Notes: generated by a model from the letters alone, not told the origin. 64,000 bases of DNA from Centroscyllium fabricii (GCA_051313645.2 JBNRSN020000011.1:166966001-167030000), one strand, 5' to 3'; positions 33,174 through 47,389 are shown, numbered from the stretch's first letter. Numbers and translations are program-made.

Positions 33174-34550
33174 AAGAACATAAGACCATAAGAAATAGGA
33201 GCAGGAGTAAGCCAATCAGCCCCTCGAGCCTGCTCCGCCATTCAACAAGATCATGGCTGATCTGATCCTAACCTCAATTTTATTTTTACTTTCCACCCCG
33301 CCCAGACCCATGTGATCACCTGGGAGAGGCGAAAAACCAGATTAAAAAAAACAGTAGCCAATTTGGGAGAAAAAAAATCAGGACAATTCCTCTCCGACCC
33401 ATCTAGGCGATCGAAAACTGGTCCAGGAGATCACATGGCCGATCTGAACCTAGCCTCACGTCCACTTACCAGCCCGTTCACCATAACCCCTAATTCCCTT
33501 TAATTCCAGGAAACTGTCTATCTCAGTTTTAAATTTATTCAACGTAGTAGCTTCCGCAGCTCTCTGGGGCAGCAAATTCCACAGCCGCACCACCCTCTGA
33601 GTAAAGAAGTTCCCCCTCATCTCAGTTTTGAAATGGCAGCCCCTTATTTTAAAATTATGCCCCCTAGTCCTAGTCTCACCCACCATTGGGAACATCCTCA
33701 CCGCATCCACCCGATCAAGCCCTCTCACAATCTTATATGTTTCAATAAGATCGCCTCTCATTCTTCTGAACTCCAATGAGTAGAGGCCCAATTTACTCAG
33801 CCTCTCGTCATATGTTAGCCCCCTCATCCCCGGAATTAACCTAGTGAACCTTCTCTGCACTGCCTCGAGAGCAAGTATGTCCTTTCTTAAATAGGGACAC
33901 CAGAACTGCATGCAGTATTCCAGGTGTGGTCTCACCAATACCCTGTACAACTGCAGCAAGACCTCCCTGCTTTTATACTTAATCCCCTTAGCAATAAAAG
34001 CCAACATTCCGTTGGCCTTCCTTACCACCTGCTGCACCTGCATATTAACTTTTTGTGTTTCCTGCACCAGGACACCCAGATCCCTTTGCACTGAAGTACT
34101 TTCCAGTTCCTTTCCATTTAGATAATAACTCGCTCTATTATTTTTCCTGCCAAAGTGCATAACTTCACATTTTCCAGTATTATACTCCATCTGCCAAATC
34201 TCTGCCCACTCACTTAGCCTATCTATGTCCTTTTGCAGGTTTTTAATGTCCTCCTCATTCATCACCCTCCCTCCCATCTTTGTGTCATCCGCAAACTTTG
34301 ATATGTTGCACTTGGTCCCTTCTTCCAAATCGTTAATATAGATGGTAAAGAGTTGGGGTCCCAGCACCGACCCTTGCGGAACACCACTAGTGACTGACTG
34401 CCAGTCTGAGAATGAACCATTTATCCCAACTCTCTGTTTTCTGTTAGAAAGCCAATCCTCCACCCATGCCAGAATATTACCCCCAACCCCGTGATTTTTT
34501 ATCTTGAGTAATAATCTTCTGTGTGGCACCTTGTCAAATGCCTTTTGGAA
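33174..34550 (-). mobile_element. young 5'-truncated CR1 LINE with intact 357-aa RT C-terminal ORF
   Basis: [15 protein letters not shown]; GTCTT on both flanks. Confidence 0.95.
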
Positions 34551-34916
34551 GTCTTGAGGTCATGAAAGGCGTGATATAAAAGTCTTCCTTGGTCTGCTAG
34601 TGAGAAAGCTTTTTGATAAGACTACTGATTAAGTGATCTTCTATCCTTAAAGAATGACTATACATTGACAGTAAGGCCATAGGAAGAGGCTGGCTCCGTG
34701 TAACAAAGATGTACTTCATTCAGAGACAACTACTGGACTGACCAGCTTTCCCCTTCTTCAATCTGAAGCCTGCTGCAAACACAAATTTGTCTTTTTTATG
34801 ATCTCAATGTTTATTGAGAAATTATAAGTGGAAAGTACAATCAAGAAGTAAATTCACTGATTGGTAATTGTGGAGGCACACCTCCGTCTTTTAATTAATT
34901 TAATTAAGAACAAAGA

Positions 34917-34955
34917 GCTCTGTAAATAGACAATTTCTGATTGGAGTGCACTCTC
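34917..34955 (-). pseudogene. odf2l: possible eroded odf2l exon remnant
   Basis: ESALQSEIVYLQS resembles ODF2L ESALQIKILDLET at the expected position; splice sites not evident. Confidence 0.35.
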
Positions 34956-35111
34956 TGATTGATAAGAACCCACATGGGATAAAGGAATCATTAATCTGAG
35001 GGACTGGGACACAATACCAGATAGCTTCAATATTGGAGTACAGTACCTTGTGCGGGACCACAACTTATAATCGGCCAGATAGAAATAACACCCGTTAGGA
35101 ATTTTGTTTGT

Positions 35112-38100
35112 GTCAGGGATCCAGGGCACCTTGGAACAGTGGATCCAAAACTGGCTTAGTGGCAGAAGGCAGAGGGTGATACATAGATACATAGATGATA
35201 GGAGCAGGAGTAGGCCATTCGGCCCTTCGAGCCTGCTCCGCCATTCAATGAGATCATGGCTGATCCTTCAGTTCAGTATCCCGTCCCTGCCTTCTCTCCG
35301 TAACCTTTAACCCCTTTTGCCTGCAGAAATATATCTAATTCCCTCTTAAATATATTCAATGAGCTGGCATCCACTGCCCTCTGTGGTAGTGAGTTCCACA
35401 GGTTCACCACTCTCTGGGTGAAGAAATTCCTCCTCATCTCTGTCCTAAATGGTTTAGCCCTTATCCTAATGGTCGAAGGTTGTTTTTGCGACTGGAAGCC
35501 TGTGTCTAGTGGGGTATCGCAGGGATCAGTGCTGGGTCCCTTGCTGTTTGTAGTCTATATTAATGATTTGGGTGTGAATGTAAAGGGTATGATCAGTAAG
35601 TTCGCTGATGACACGAAAACTGGTGGGGTGGTAGATAGCGAGGAGGGAAGCCTCCGTCTGCAGGACGATATAGATGGGTTGGTCAGATGGGCGGAGCAAT
35701 GACAAATGGAATTTAACCCTGAAAAGTGTGAGGTGATGCATTTTGGAAGGACTAACAAGGCAAGGGAATACACAATGAATGGTAAGACCCTAGGAAAGAC
35801 AGAGGATCAGAGGGACCTTGGTGTGCATGTACATAGATCCCTGAAGGCAGCAGGCCAGGTAGATAAGGTGGTTAAAAAGGCATATGGGATACTTATATTC
35901 TATGCCTCGGCTAATGAAGGCAAGAGCAGGGAGGTTATGATGGAGCTGTACAAAATGCTGGTAAGGCCACAGCTGGAGTACTGTGTGCAGTTCTGGTCAC
36001 CGCACTATAGAAAGGATGTTTTAACGAAGAGTGCAGGAGAGCATGCCGGGAACAGCACCAGGCATACCGGAAAATGAGGTGTCAACCTGGCGAGGCTGCA
36101 ACACAGGACTACTTGCATGCCAAACAACAGAAGCAACATGCGATAGACAGAGCTAAGCGATCTCACAACCATCGGATAAAATCAAAGCTCTGCAGTCCTG
36201 CCACATCCAGTCGTGAGTGGTGGTGGACTATTAAACAGTTAACAGGAGGAGGAGGCTCCAAAAATATCCCCATCCTCAACGATGGTGGAGCCCAGCACGT
36301 GAGTACAAAAGACAAGGCTGAAGCATTTGCAACTATCTTCAGCCAGAAATGCCGAGTGGATGATCCATCTCGGCCTCCTCCTGAGGTCCCCAGCATCACA
36401 GATGCCAGTCTTCAGCCCATTCAATTCACTCCACATGATGTCAAGAAATGGCTGAAGACACTGGATACTGCAAAGGCTATGGGCCCTGACAACATTCCGG
36501 CAATAGTACTGAAGACTTGTGCTCCAGAACTAGCTGCGCCCCTAGCCAAGCTGTTCCAGTACAGCTACAACACTGGCATCTACCCAGCAATGTGGAAAAA
36601 TCCCCAAGTATGTCCTGTCTACAAAAAGCAGGACAAATCCGACCCGGCCAATTACCGTCCCATCAGTCTACTCTCAATCATCAGCAAAGTGATGGAAGGT
36701 GTCGTCGACAGTGCTATCAAGCGGCACTTACTCAGCAATAACCTGCTAACTGACGCCCAGTTTGGGTTCCGCCAGGGCCACTCAGCTCCTGACCTCATCA
36801 CAGCCTTGGTCCAAACATGGACAAAAAGCTGAACTCAAGAGGTGAGGTGAGAGTGACTGCCCTTGACATCAAGGCAGCATTTGATCGAGCGTGGCATCAA
36901 GGAGCCTTGGCAAAGCTGAAGTCAATGGGAATCAAGGGGAAAACTCTCCATTGGTTGGAATCATACCTAGCACAAAGGAAGTTGGCTGTGGTTGTTGGAG
37001 GTCATTCATCTCAACCACAGGACATCACTGCAGGAGTTCCTCAGGGCAGTGTCCTAGGCCCAACCATCTTCAGCTGTTTCATCAATGACCTTCCCTCCAT
37101 CATAAGGTCAGAAGTGGGGATGTTCGCTGATGATTGCACACTGTTCAGCACCATTCGAGACTCGTCAGATACTGACGCAGTCCGTGTCCATATGCAGCAA
37201 GACCTGGACAACATTCAGACTTGGGCTGACAAGTGGCAAGTAACATTCGCACCACACAAGTGCCAGGCAATGACCATCTCCAACAAGCGAGACTCTAACC
37301 ATCTCCCCTTGACATTCAATGGCATTATCATCGCTGAATCCCCCACTATCAACATCCTGGGGGTTACCATTGATCGGAAACTGAACTGGACCAGCCATAT
37401 AAATACTGTGGCTACAAGAGCAGGCCAGAGGCTGGGAATTCTGCGGCGAGTGTCTCACCTCCTGACTCCAAAAAACCTTTCCACCATCTACAAGGCACAA
37501 GTCAGGAGTGTGATGGAATACTCTCCACTTGCCTGGATGAGTGCAGCTCCAACAACACTCAAGAAGCTCGACACCATTCAGGATAAAGCAGGCCGCTTGA
37601 TTGGCACTCCATCCACCACCTTCAACATTCACTCCCTCCACCACCGGCGCACTGTGGCTGCAGTGTGTACCATCTACAAGATGCACTGCAGCAACTCGCC
37701 AAAGCTCCTTCAACAGCACCTTCCAAACCCGCGACCTCTACCACTTAGAAGGACAAGGGCAGCAGACGCATGGGAACACCACCACCTACAAGTTCCCCTC
37801 CAAGCCACACACCATCCTGACTTGGACCTGTATCGCTGCTCCTTCACTGTCACTGGGCCAAAATCCTGGAACTCCCTTCCTAACAACATTGTGGGTGTAC
37901 CTACACCATACGGACTGCAGCGGTTCAAGAAGGTGGCTCACCACCATCTTCTCAAGGGCAATTAGGGATGGGCACTAAATGCAGGCCTAGCCAGCCAGCG
38001 ACGCCCACATCCCATCAATGAATAAAAAAATAAATGTGATTGCTTTGGAGAGGGTGCAGAGGAGATTCACTTGGATGTTACCTGGGCTGGAGCGCTTCAG

Positions 38101-38530
38101 CTATGAAGAAAGACTGGGCAGGCTGGGGTAGTTTTCCTTGGAGCAGAGAAGACTGAGGGGGGACCTGATTGAGGTGTACAAAATTATGAGGAGCATAGAT
38201 AGGGTAGATAGAAAGGAACTTTTTCCCTTGGTAGAGAGGTCAATAACAAGGGGACATAGTTTCAAGGTAAGGGGTGTGAGGTTTAGAGGGGATTTAAGGA
38301 AGAACTTTTTCACCCAGAGGGTGGTTGGAATCTGGAACTCGCTGCCTGAAAGGGTGGTAGTGGCAGGAACCCTCACAACATTCAAGAAGCATTTAGATGA
38401 GCACTTGAAATGCCATAGCATCCAAGGCTATGGACCAAATGCAGGAAAATGGGATTAGAATAGACAGGGCTTGATGGCCGGCACAGACACAATAGGCCGA
38501 AGGGTCTCTTTCTGTGCTGTACAACTCTAT
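35112..38530 (+). mobile_element. CR1 LINE with two nested insertions (35184-35468 CR1 3' end on minus strand; 36019-38033 LINE)
   Basis: RT motifs continue across both inserts. Confidence 0.9.
36019..38033 (+). mobile_element. CR1-group LINE (distinct family), 5'-truncated, one frameshift at about 36825
   Basis: NYRPISLLS, QFGFR, ALDIKAAFD, GVPQGS, MFADD; AATAAAAAAA end; ATGT on both flanks. Confidence 0.92.
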
Positions 38531-39172
38531 GGGGGCTAAATTGGTCAGCGCATAAAAAGTGGCGCTGACCTGGGCAATGCGCTATTTAAAAAAAATGCCA
38601 CATCGCCCATTCCGTTTGGGCGGGTGCTAAAATCTGGCGGGTGGCCGAATACCTGGGCGCCGGCGCCGCGCGAGGGAGACCGCAGTGGCCTAGCGCGGCT
38701 GCAGCGAGAGCCCCGCGGGGCCGCCGAGGGACCGGGAGACGCCTAACGAGCCCGGCACTCGGGGGAAGTGCCGGGCTCAGCTGAGGGAAGCCTCACCCCG
38801 CCGGGGAGCAGCGGGGGAGGCCGGGGGAAGCCGAGGGGGAAGGTGCTGGCGGTCGGCCAGCGATAAAAATGGCCGACCGCCGCACTTGCCTTTAAACAGC
38901 GCTCGGGCGCTGCTGTTTGGGCAGAAAAAAGCTGGCGCTGGCAGAGCGCCGCGATAAAACAGCGGGCGCTGCCCAATTTCGGGTGCGCAGTGCCTCCCAG
39001 GTGCTGTGCGGCCTGATGACGTCATTCAGGACGTCCAGCTGGGCACTAAATTCGTTGGGGCGCTAACAGTTAGCCCCTAGTTTAGCGCCCAGCTGAATTT
39101 GGCGCGGGGCTCTATTTTTGGGCCGGCGCTAGAGCGCGAATTTCGCGCCCGATGACTAGGAATTTTAGACCA
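38531..39172. mobile_element. GC-rich Harbinger-like MITE
   Basis: GGGCTAAATT...AATTTTAGACC imperfect TIRs, AGCGCC-rich subterminal repeats. Confidence 0.6.
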
Positions 39173-39949
39173 CATAAAAACATGGCTTGCTGTACAAACC
39201 TGTGCAAAAGCAGTCGGAGATAACATTCAGGATGTCAGGAGTGAATGTGTCAGCTTCAAAATGAATCACTGAGACACTTCCAACCACATTGTGAAAATTC
39301 AGTAATCCACAAATCTAAATTAAGCTATAAATCTAATGGACGGGTGAATTGCCTTACTGAAAATGCCAGCATTATAAATGTGATGTTTTAAGTAGTCACG
39401 CAGCATAAGGCAAGTCAGCATCAATTAAACAGTGCACTAGACTATGCTGGCTCAGACGGATGCTGAACTGATCCAGGTGACAAAATCCCCCCCAGGAGAA
39501 ATTGGCAGATATATCTAGCATGGAGATCGTCTGTATCTTCATGCAAAGGCTCAGATCCACTTCAATACAACAAATCTGTCATACTGAAAACTTGAACACA
39601 CACATCCATGTATTTCTACACCAGGACCTATGGCGGCAAAGATTATCGAGTTTCATAACACTCACATGCCTGGATAGCGTTACTGTGATCAACTTCAGGA
39701 AGAAGGGCTTCTTCCTGTGCCATTTCTCCCCACTGGCTTAATACCTTGACGAGTAGGACAGTCATACTGCCGAAGGCTGTGTTGGTCAACTTGGCACTGA
39801 ACACAGCCGCAACAACAAAATTTGACATCGAGCAACATAATGAGCCAGAACTCCCGATGAGCGCAGGAGGTGTTTGAGCCGGGTGTTAGCGCACCCGAGC
39901 TCCGAATTGCAGGGAGCAGCTGTTACCTGCAATTCCGAAGGCGGCCAGC

Positions 39950-41462
39950 GGGTAAAATTTTGGAGTCCGTTATTAAGGAGACAGTAACAGGACATTTGGA
40001 TAAACTTAATTTAATAGGACAAAGTCAGCATGGTTTTACGAAGGGGAAGTCTTGTTTGACAAATTTGTTGCAGTTCTTTGAGGAAGTAACATATAGGGTG
40101 GTTAAAGGGGAACCAGTGGATGTAGTATATCTAGACTTTCAAAAGGCATTTGACAAGAGACCGCACAAACGATTACTGCTTAAAATAAAAAATCACGGAA
40201 TTGGGGGTAATATTCTGGCATTGATAGAGGATTGGCTATCTAACAGAAGGCAGAGAGTTGGGATAAATGGGTCATTCTCAGACTGGCAATCGGTAACTAG
40301 TGGTGTTCCGCAGGGGTCCGTACTGGGTCCCCAACTCTTTACAATTTATATTAACGATTTGGAGGAGGGGACTGAGTGTAACAAATCAAAGTTTGTAGAT
40401 AATACTAAGATGGGAGGGAAAGTGGTGAATGAGGAGGACAAAGAACCTGCAGGGGGACATAGACAGGCTAAGTCATTGGGCAGAGATTTGGCAGATGGAT
40501 TACAATACGGGAAAGTGTGAGGTTATGCATTTGGCAGGAAAAATCGTAGACCGTAGAAAATTCTTGCCATTATTATCTTAATGGCAAGAAACTGGAAAGT
40601 ACTGCAGTACAAAGGGATCTGGGGGTCCTGGTGTGCAAAAGGTTAGTATGCAGGTGCAGCAAGTAATTAAGAAGGCCAATGGAATGTTGGCTTTCATTGC
40701 TAGGGGGATAGAATATAAAAATAGGGAGGTATTGCTTCAGTTGTACAAGGTATTGGTGAGACCGCACCTGGAATACTGCATACAGTTTTGGTGTCCATAC
40801 TTAAGAAAGGACATACTCGCTCTCGAGTCAGTACAAAGAAGGTTCACTCGGTTAATCCCAGGGATGAGGGGTTGGACATATGAGGAGAGGTTGAGTAGAT
40901 TGGGACTCTACTCATTGGAGTTCAGAAGAATGAGGGGAGATCTTATTGCCACATATAAGATTGTGAAGGGGTTGGATCGGGTGGATGCGGGGAAGATGTT
41001 TCCAATGATGGGTGAAACTAGAACTAGGGGGCATAAACTTAGAATAAGGGGCTGCTCTTTCAAAACTGAGATGAGGAGAAACTACTTCACTCAGAGGGTA
41101 GTAGGTCCATGGAACATGCTGCCCCAAAAAGCTGTAGAAGCTATTTCATTACATAAATTTAAAACAGAAATAGACAGTTTCCCAGTAGTAAAAGGGATTA
41201 AAGGTTACGGGGAGCGGGCAGGAATTTGGACATGAGTCTAGGTTCAGATCGGTCATGGCCCTGTGGGTAGTGGAGCGGGCCCAGGGACTGTGTAGCCTGA
41301 TCCTGCTCCTATTTCGTGTGTCGAATTCTGTTAGATGCAGGAGATGCTTCTGTGATGGTAGGTTGGTTGTTAGGATCAGATCAGCCATGATCTTATTGAA
41401 TGGCGGAGCAGGCTCCAGGGGTCGATTGGCCTACTCCTGCTCCTATTTCTTATGTTCTTATT
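39950..41462 (+). mobile_element. CR1 LINE 3' half (frameshifted)
   Basis: [26 protein letters not shown]; (TTCTTATG)n tail. Confidence 0.92.
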
Positions 41463-41532
41463 TCCTTCCCTAAAGGACATTAGTGAACCAAAAATAAAAA
41501 CAGAAAATGCTGGAAATACTCAGCAGGTAATA

Positions 41533-41858
41533 CAGGTACACAACCCTTTATCCGAAAACCTCAGGACCGGGCGGGTCTCGGTTTTCAGGTAATTTCGGTT
41601 TTTGGAGTTGGCCCAGATCGCATGCGCATTTCCATGTTTGCAGCCCAGCTCGCAGTCGGGGAACGGTATATCGGCCGTTTGAAACGGGAGATCGGCTGTT
41701 TTCTTTCCTCAGCATGGCATCAACAGCATGAAATCAAGGTAAGAACATATTTTTTCTGCTGCAGCTTAAGAAAAAAATGGTTATTTTGGCACAACCCTGG
41801 ACTTCGGTTTTTGGAGCTTTTCAGTTTTTGGAGTTGCGGATAAGGGATTGTGTACCTG
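41533..41858. mobile_element. pogo/Tigger-like MITE
   Basis: CAGGTACACAACCCTTTATCCG...CGGATAAGGGATTGTGTACCTG with TA flanks. Confidence 0.85.
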
Positions 41859-42479
41859 TACTTAGTATTTCCAGCAGTTTCTGTTTTTATTTCAAATTGC
41901 CAGCATCCGCATTATTTTGCTTTTGCATTATTGAACCGGATGGGTTTCTTATTCCAGATTTTTATTCATTTGAATTTAAATTCCCCAGCTGTGATGATGG
42001 GATTTGAATGCACATCTCCAGATCATTAGTCCAGGCCTCTGGATTACTGGTCCAGTAACATAACCACTGTGCTACCGTAACCGAAATTCTGTTGATGCGG
42101 AGTCGTTGAGTATATTCAAGGCGGAGATAGATCGATTTTTGGGCTCTCGGGAAATCAAGGGATATGGGGATCGGGCGGGAAAGTGGAGTTTCTGATTGAA
42201 TGGCGGAGCAGGCTCGAGGAGCCGTATGGCCAACTCCCAATATTCCCTCTGATTTTTTTTCCCTCTGTGCGTGCCCTTTAAATTTGCTGTGCAGACGCCG
42301 TATTTCTTCCAGCAGAACAGCTGGTGAGTGGCCTGCGTGGGACCTCGCGATTGGTGCGTGGGGAACATTCCCTTCTCCTGCTTCTAATTCTTATTTTCTT
42401 ATATTTCCAGAGCTTAGAGCCTAGGCAGATGAGTGCACAGCCGCCAATGGTGCAGCGATAAAATTCAGGGATGTGCAAG

Positions 42480-42775
42480 AATCCAGAATCCACTCGCCTA
42501 GATGAGTGCAGCTCCAATAACACTCAAGTACTCGACACCATCCAGGACAAGGCAGTCCGCTTTGATTGGCACCTCATTCACCACCTTGAACATCCGCTCC
42601 CTCCACCACCGGCGCACCGTGACTGCAGTGTGGACCATCTACAAGATGCACTGCAGCAACTCGCCAAGGCATCTTCGGCAGCACCTCCCAAACCCGCGAC
42701 CTCTTCCACCATGAAGGATGAGGGCAGCAGGTGCATGGGAACACCACCACCTCCAAGTTCCCCTCCAAGTCACAC
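42480..42775 (+). mobile_element. CR1-group LINE internal fragment
   Basis: LHHRRTVTAVWTIYKMHCSNSP, homologous to 37520-37810. Confidence 0.8.
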
Positions 42776-42814
42776 ACATAGAAACATAGAAGATAGGAGC
42801 AGGAGTAGGCCACC

Positions 42815-43142
42815 TGAGCAACCATTTTTATCCACACCTTTTATTTGGCCTTTCTTTTCTCTATCGTGGCAGCCACCTCCTGTTCTGCCAGGGCTTTTCA
42901 CACCTAATCTACAGCTGTCTCCTGTCCACAGCATCTCGTCTCATTTTGAATACCCCTCAGTCTTTTCTCTTTGTGCTGTCTTCTCTTTGTTCCCTCCCAC
43001 CTCCCCCCGCCTTCCTGCTTGTGTTTCATTCCCCAGCTTTAGTTCTGATAAAGGGTCCCAACCCGAAACGTCGACTCTATATTTCTCTCCACCGATGCTG
43101 CCTGGCCTGCCGAGTTTTTCCAGCGTTTTCTGCTGTTATTTT
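42815..43142 (+). mobile_element. Penelope pseudo-LTR with variant minimal hammerhead motif (43040-43080)
   Basis: pyrimidine-rich tract then CTGATAAAGGGTCCCAACCCGAAACGTC and GATGCTGCCTGGCCTGCCGAG. Confidence 0.7.
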
Positions 43143-43272
43143 GAAAAAGGTTTGGTTTGCTCCACACAGCAATGGGCCTGCCAATAGTAAATAGCATCCT
43201 CTTTCTAGATGTTCTGAACAAGGAAAGGAAAATTGCAGCCTGATGAAAAAATAATTTTGCAGGAGTTCATAC

Positions 43273-43435
43273 CTTTTTACTAACATCGTGTAACGCAGCT
43301 TCCAACTGCCGACTCAACGCTGCAGATTCCCTCGACCTCTCTTCCAGCTGATATCTGCTCAGCGCAAGAGCTTCTTCTTGTGTTGCCATTGTCTCAGTCA
43401 GCTCTCGGTTTTGTAAATCAACCTCCTTTAGTTTC
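43273..43435 (-). pseudogene. odf2l: odf2l exon (163 nt, phase 2-0)
   Basis: KLKEVDLQNRELTETMATQEEALALSRYQLEERSRESAALSRQLEAALHDVSKK aligns to ODF2L/ODF2 (ALARQLEAAL); AG/GT ends. Confidence 0.85.
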
Positions 43436-43863
43436 CTCAAATGAATAATAATTGAAATTCTTAAGTAGATTCAAACAGGAAAAGCGGCCACTTCTCACTG
43501 AAAAGCTATCTATATGCAGTTAGAAAGCATGCACACACCTATCCAAAGGAGAGATAGTTATAAATTACGAATCGACTGAAACAAAATGTATTTAAAGTTG
43601 GTTTTCTGAGCTGGGTTAGCAGGCTGCCTTTTAATCTCTTTTGTACTGGGTTTGAATCCAGCCGAGATTGACAGAATTAAATCTCTTTCTGCTGATAATA
43701 AAAGGACCCAATGTGAAATGCACCTAGGCGCTGAGCCACAGAGACAAGGTGGTCCTGGGTTCAATACCCAGACTATGTTGTGTTAACTGATTTCATCCAG
43801 GGCAATTGCAAAGACATTTTACATTTGGTCATACTGGTCCAAGTGTTAATTTTGTTTTTAATT

Positions 43864-44710
43864 GGGCCAGAAATTAGGGTTTGCCGGTTGGTGTGCAACT
43901 AGGACCATGCGGAGCACTTACGAAGCCCAGCAACATCTGAGGGTTTTTTTCCTCAAAACTTGCGATTGGCTCCGCCCCCTTCGTTCGCAACATGGCAGTC
44001 CAGCCACGTTACGTGCGAAGTGTAAGCCCCGCCCACAGATCCCAAATTTAAATAAAAAACGCCCCCCAGATCCCTAATTTAAATGCCGAGATCCCGAGTC
44101 GGACCTTTGTGAGAGCAGGTAAGTGCGGAGCTGCACAACAAACTCGCAGGGAGCAGCCCGGAGCCACAGCAGCTTCGCAGAGGAAGAAACGGCAGGTAAG
44201 AGAAGCCATTTTTTCCCCGTAGATTTAAAAAAAAATTAAATTAGCTAGAGAGTTAGAAATTTCAGAAATTTAACTTTAAAAATTAGCGATTTCAACCAGG
44301 TAAATTAACTTAAAATCGGATTTGTTAATTTTTAAAAAAAACTTTAACTTAAAAATTTAACGTTACCGATCTGGCCACACTACTCCCAAAAACTGTAAAA
44401 AATGTAAATTAAAGTTAAAAAATTAACTTACCATGCTTAAGAACGTTTCTCTCTACCTCACCAACGAGTTACTCCAGCTTTTTTCAAGTGCATCTGTGGG
44501 CTCCGTTGCCCACAGAATCATGGAAAAAAATGACCCCTTTTGACCCTTTTTGAATCGGAAGTTTTGGGTGCAACTCATTCCTGGGCATCATGCTGAGGGC
44601 CCTTCTCCCTCAGCATCGGAAGTTTCGGATCCGTGGGTCTCTCGGATCCGTGGGCATTTTTCGTGGGCATCGCCGTGGGCATCTGCTTTAGGCATCGGAA
44701 TTTCTGGCCC
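43864..44710. mobile_element. PIF/Harbinger MITE
   Basis: perfect TIR GGGCCAGAAATT/AATTTCTGGCCC, 3-bp TSD ATT. Confidence 0.85.
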
Positions 44711-45091
44711 ATTATGTATTTGTTTATGGGATGTGGGCGTTGCTGGCAAGGCCGGCATTTATTGCCCATCCCTAACTGCCCTTGAGAAGGTGGTGGTGAG
44801 CTGCTGCCTTGAACTGCTGCAGTCCGTGTGGTGAAGGCACTCCCACAGTGCTGTTAGGGAGGGAATGATAGGATTTTGACCCAGCGACGGTGAAGGATCA
44901 GCGATATACCAGTTGAGCACCGGTAATCCGGCACCCGATGGTCCGACAGCTTCAGTGGTCCGGCACGATTGGAAACCGGCGCTCTTCAGTTTGCGGAGCA
45001 GCCGCTCGGCAGCACCACCATTTCCCGCGATGGGTGGGCGAGCGCCGAAGGCGTCGGGCGTTTGGGTTTCTGTTTTTTTAGGTGCTTTAAG

Positions 45092-45352
45092 TGTTTAGAG
45101 GGGATTTGAGAGGAAGTTTCTTCAACGAGAGGGTTGTGGGGGTCTGGAACTCCCTGCCTGAAAGGGTGGTAGAGGCAGGAACCCTAACCACATTTAAAAA
45201 GTACTTGGATGTGCACTTGGGATGCTGTAACCTGAAGGGCTACGCCCAAAAGCTGGGAAGTGGGATTAGGCTGGATAGCTCTTTGTTGGCCAGCACGGAC
45301 ACGATGGGCCAAAATGGCCTCCTTCCGTGCTGTAACTTTCTATGATTCTCTG
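45092..45352 (+). mobile_element. CR1 3' fragment
   Basis: FFNERVVGVWNSLPERVVEAG; TTCTATGATTCT tail. Confidence 0.85.
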
Positions 45353-45504
45353 ATTGTGTGATTTGGCAATGTAATAATTAAGTCAACTGCTTTAGAATTG
45401 TAGGTTGGTATCTGGGCTTTATAGTTGGTATCTAACACATAATGAGTTTCCTAACTGATTGCACCTAATGGAGTGCCCAACAGCTTTATACCTGCCCCCT
45501 TCCC

Positions 45505-47052
45505 ATTGTACAGGGCCCCAAACACCCCTTCCAGGTGAAACAGCGATTTACGTGCACTTCCTGTAATTTAGTATACTGTATTCGCTGCTCACGATGTGCT
45601 CTCCTCTACATCGGGGAGACCAAACGCAGATTGGGTGACCACTTCACGGAACACCTCCGTTCAGTCCACAAGGGGGACATCGAGCTCCCGGTGGCCTGTC
45701 ACTTTAATTCTCCGCTTCACTCCCATTCAGACCTCACTGTCTGTGGCCTGTTGCATTGTTCCATGGAAGCTCAGCGTAAACTCGAGGAACAGCACCTCAT
45801 CTTTCGCTTAGGCACTCTACAGCCCTCTGGGCTAAACATAGAGTTCAACAATTTTAGATCATAACCTCGGCCCCACCATACTGTTCTAATATATATATTT
45901 TCTCTCTTTTTTCCAATCCACACTTTCGTCTGGGCTTTTTTCTTTACTCTGCCAGAGCTGTCCACACCTATTCTGAGCCATCCTGTGTTCCTTGAATTTC
46001 TCCTAATGTTTCTTATCTCCCCCGCCTTCTAGCCTGTTGCTGATCTTTCCTTTGTTCTTTCAGCCCCTCCTCCTTTCCCCAGCCCCCACAAGCTTTAAAA
46101 TCTATCACCCCTCCCGGCTTCTCCAGTTCTGAAGAAAGGTCATCGACCTGAATCCTGGGGGGGGGGGGATTTCGCCGGAAGGGTGGGAACCTGGCGGGGA
46201 TTGGTCTGGGTGGCTTCCGGTCCCGCCCACCCAAACAGCTGGGAAGCCCACGCAAGTTTAATTAGGTTGTTAAATCCCTGTCAGCGGCAGCGGGAGGTAA
46301 TTAGGCCAATCGAGTCGGGCTGCATCGGCGCTGCGAGCAGTTTGTTTGACAGTTCCAGCACTGGTTGTTGTCAGTTCCCATGGAAACACTCCACTGTGAC
46401 ATCACAGTGGAGTGGAGCCAATGGGAAAGGCCAACTGCTGGTGACTGACAGGTGGGCGGGCGGGCTCAGAAGCCCTCACAACTCGCAGCGGCTGTCAGGA
46501 ACTGTGCAGAACTGAGGTTTCTCAGTTTCTGCTCACAGCTGCTGCTGCAGCCAGAACGGAGTTACTTACTCTAAGGTGCTGGAGGCATGCCAAACATTTG
46601 GCAGCATGTCCTTCACACCTTGAAGGAGAAAGTAATAAATGCAAGAAGTCACACAACACCAGGTTATAGTCCAATAGTAATAACCAGCGCTGTGCTCCTG
46701 CTGGCTTTCACTCAGCGGGGTTTAAGGTGACGGGGTTAGGGCGGGAAACAGGGCAAAATGGCTGAGCGCCCTTAAAATGGTATTAAAGATGCCAATTAAG
46801 GGTCCTTACCGAGGTGACAACCCATCCCCGCCGGTCGGCGGCGGGAAGGTTTCGGGGCGGGGAATCTGGGTGGGGTAAAATGTGAAAGCGACGGGAAGGG
46901 GCGGGACCTACTGGTTCCGCTATTTTGCTGGCCGGGCCGCCCAAAACCCCGCCTCACAGGGACATGAAATTATCCCCCTTTAACTCTGTTTCTCTCTCCA
47001 CCGATGCTGCCTAGCCTGCTGAGTTTCTCCAGCGTTTTCTGTTGTTATTTTG
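45505..47052 (+). mobile_element. Penelope-like element 3' end: GIY-YIG endonuclease plus pseudo-LTR, split by a MITE
   Basis: NLVYCIRCSRCALLYIGETKRRLGDHFTEH...GLNIEF (45535-45864); pLTR broken at 46155 and resumes at about 46979. Confidence 0.9.
46156..46978. mobile_element. Harbinger-like MITE
   Basis: GGGGG...ATTTC / GAAATTATCCCCC ends; homologous to 63426-64000 in the opposite orientation. Confidence 0.7.
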
Positions 47053-47389
47053 GATTGCCCAACATCCCTTTACCCACTTCCTCTCAGCTGATTTTAAATA
47101 TACAACTACGTAAGAAACTACCGTGGTGCCGGTGGCTGTATTGTCAAACCTCCCAACAATGAGAGACCGGATGGAATATTAAGAACGTCTGAAACTCGTT
47201 GCTGTAATTCAGGCTCCAGTCAGAACCATCTATATATCATCCAGCTCCTGCTTGGCTGAAAGTGTAACAGTCATGTCCAAGAGAGAATTGTGTGCACGCC
47301 TGGATACTGATGTGAGGGGCGGGCTCTCTCAATAATTAAAAATGTATATATTTAGATGGCGGAGAGGAGAGAATCCCCACTCTCTCAAC

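Noticed and set aside
34640-34790. Possible last odf2l exon remnant (SRLQ-LK)
   Set aside because: Too short and frameshifted to support by eye.
43595-43830. LF-SINE-like degenerate tRNA head
   Set aside because: Only patchy similarity; boundaries cannot be defined.
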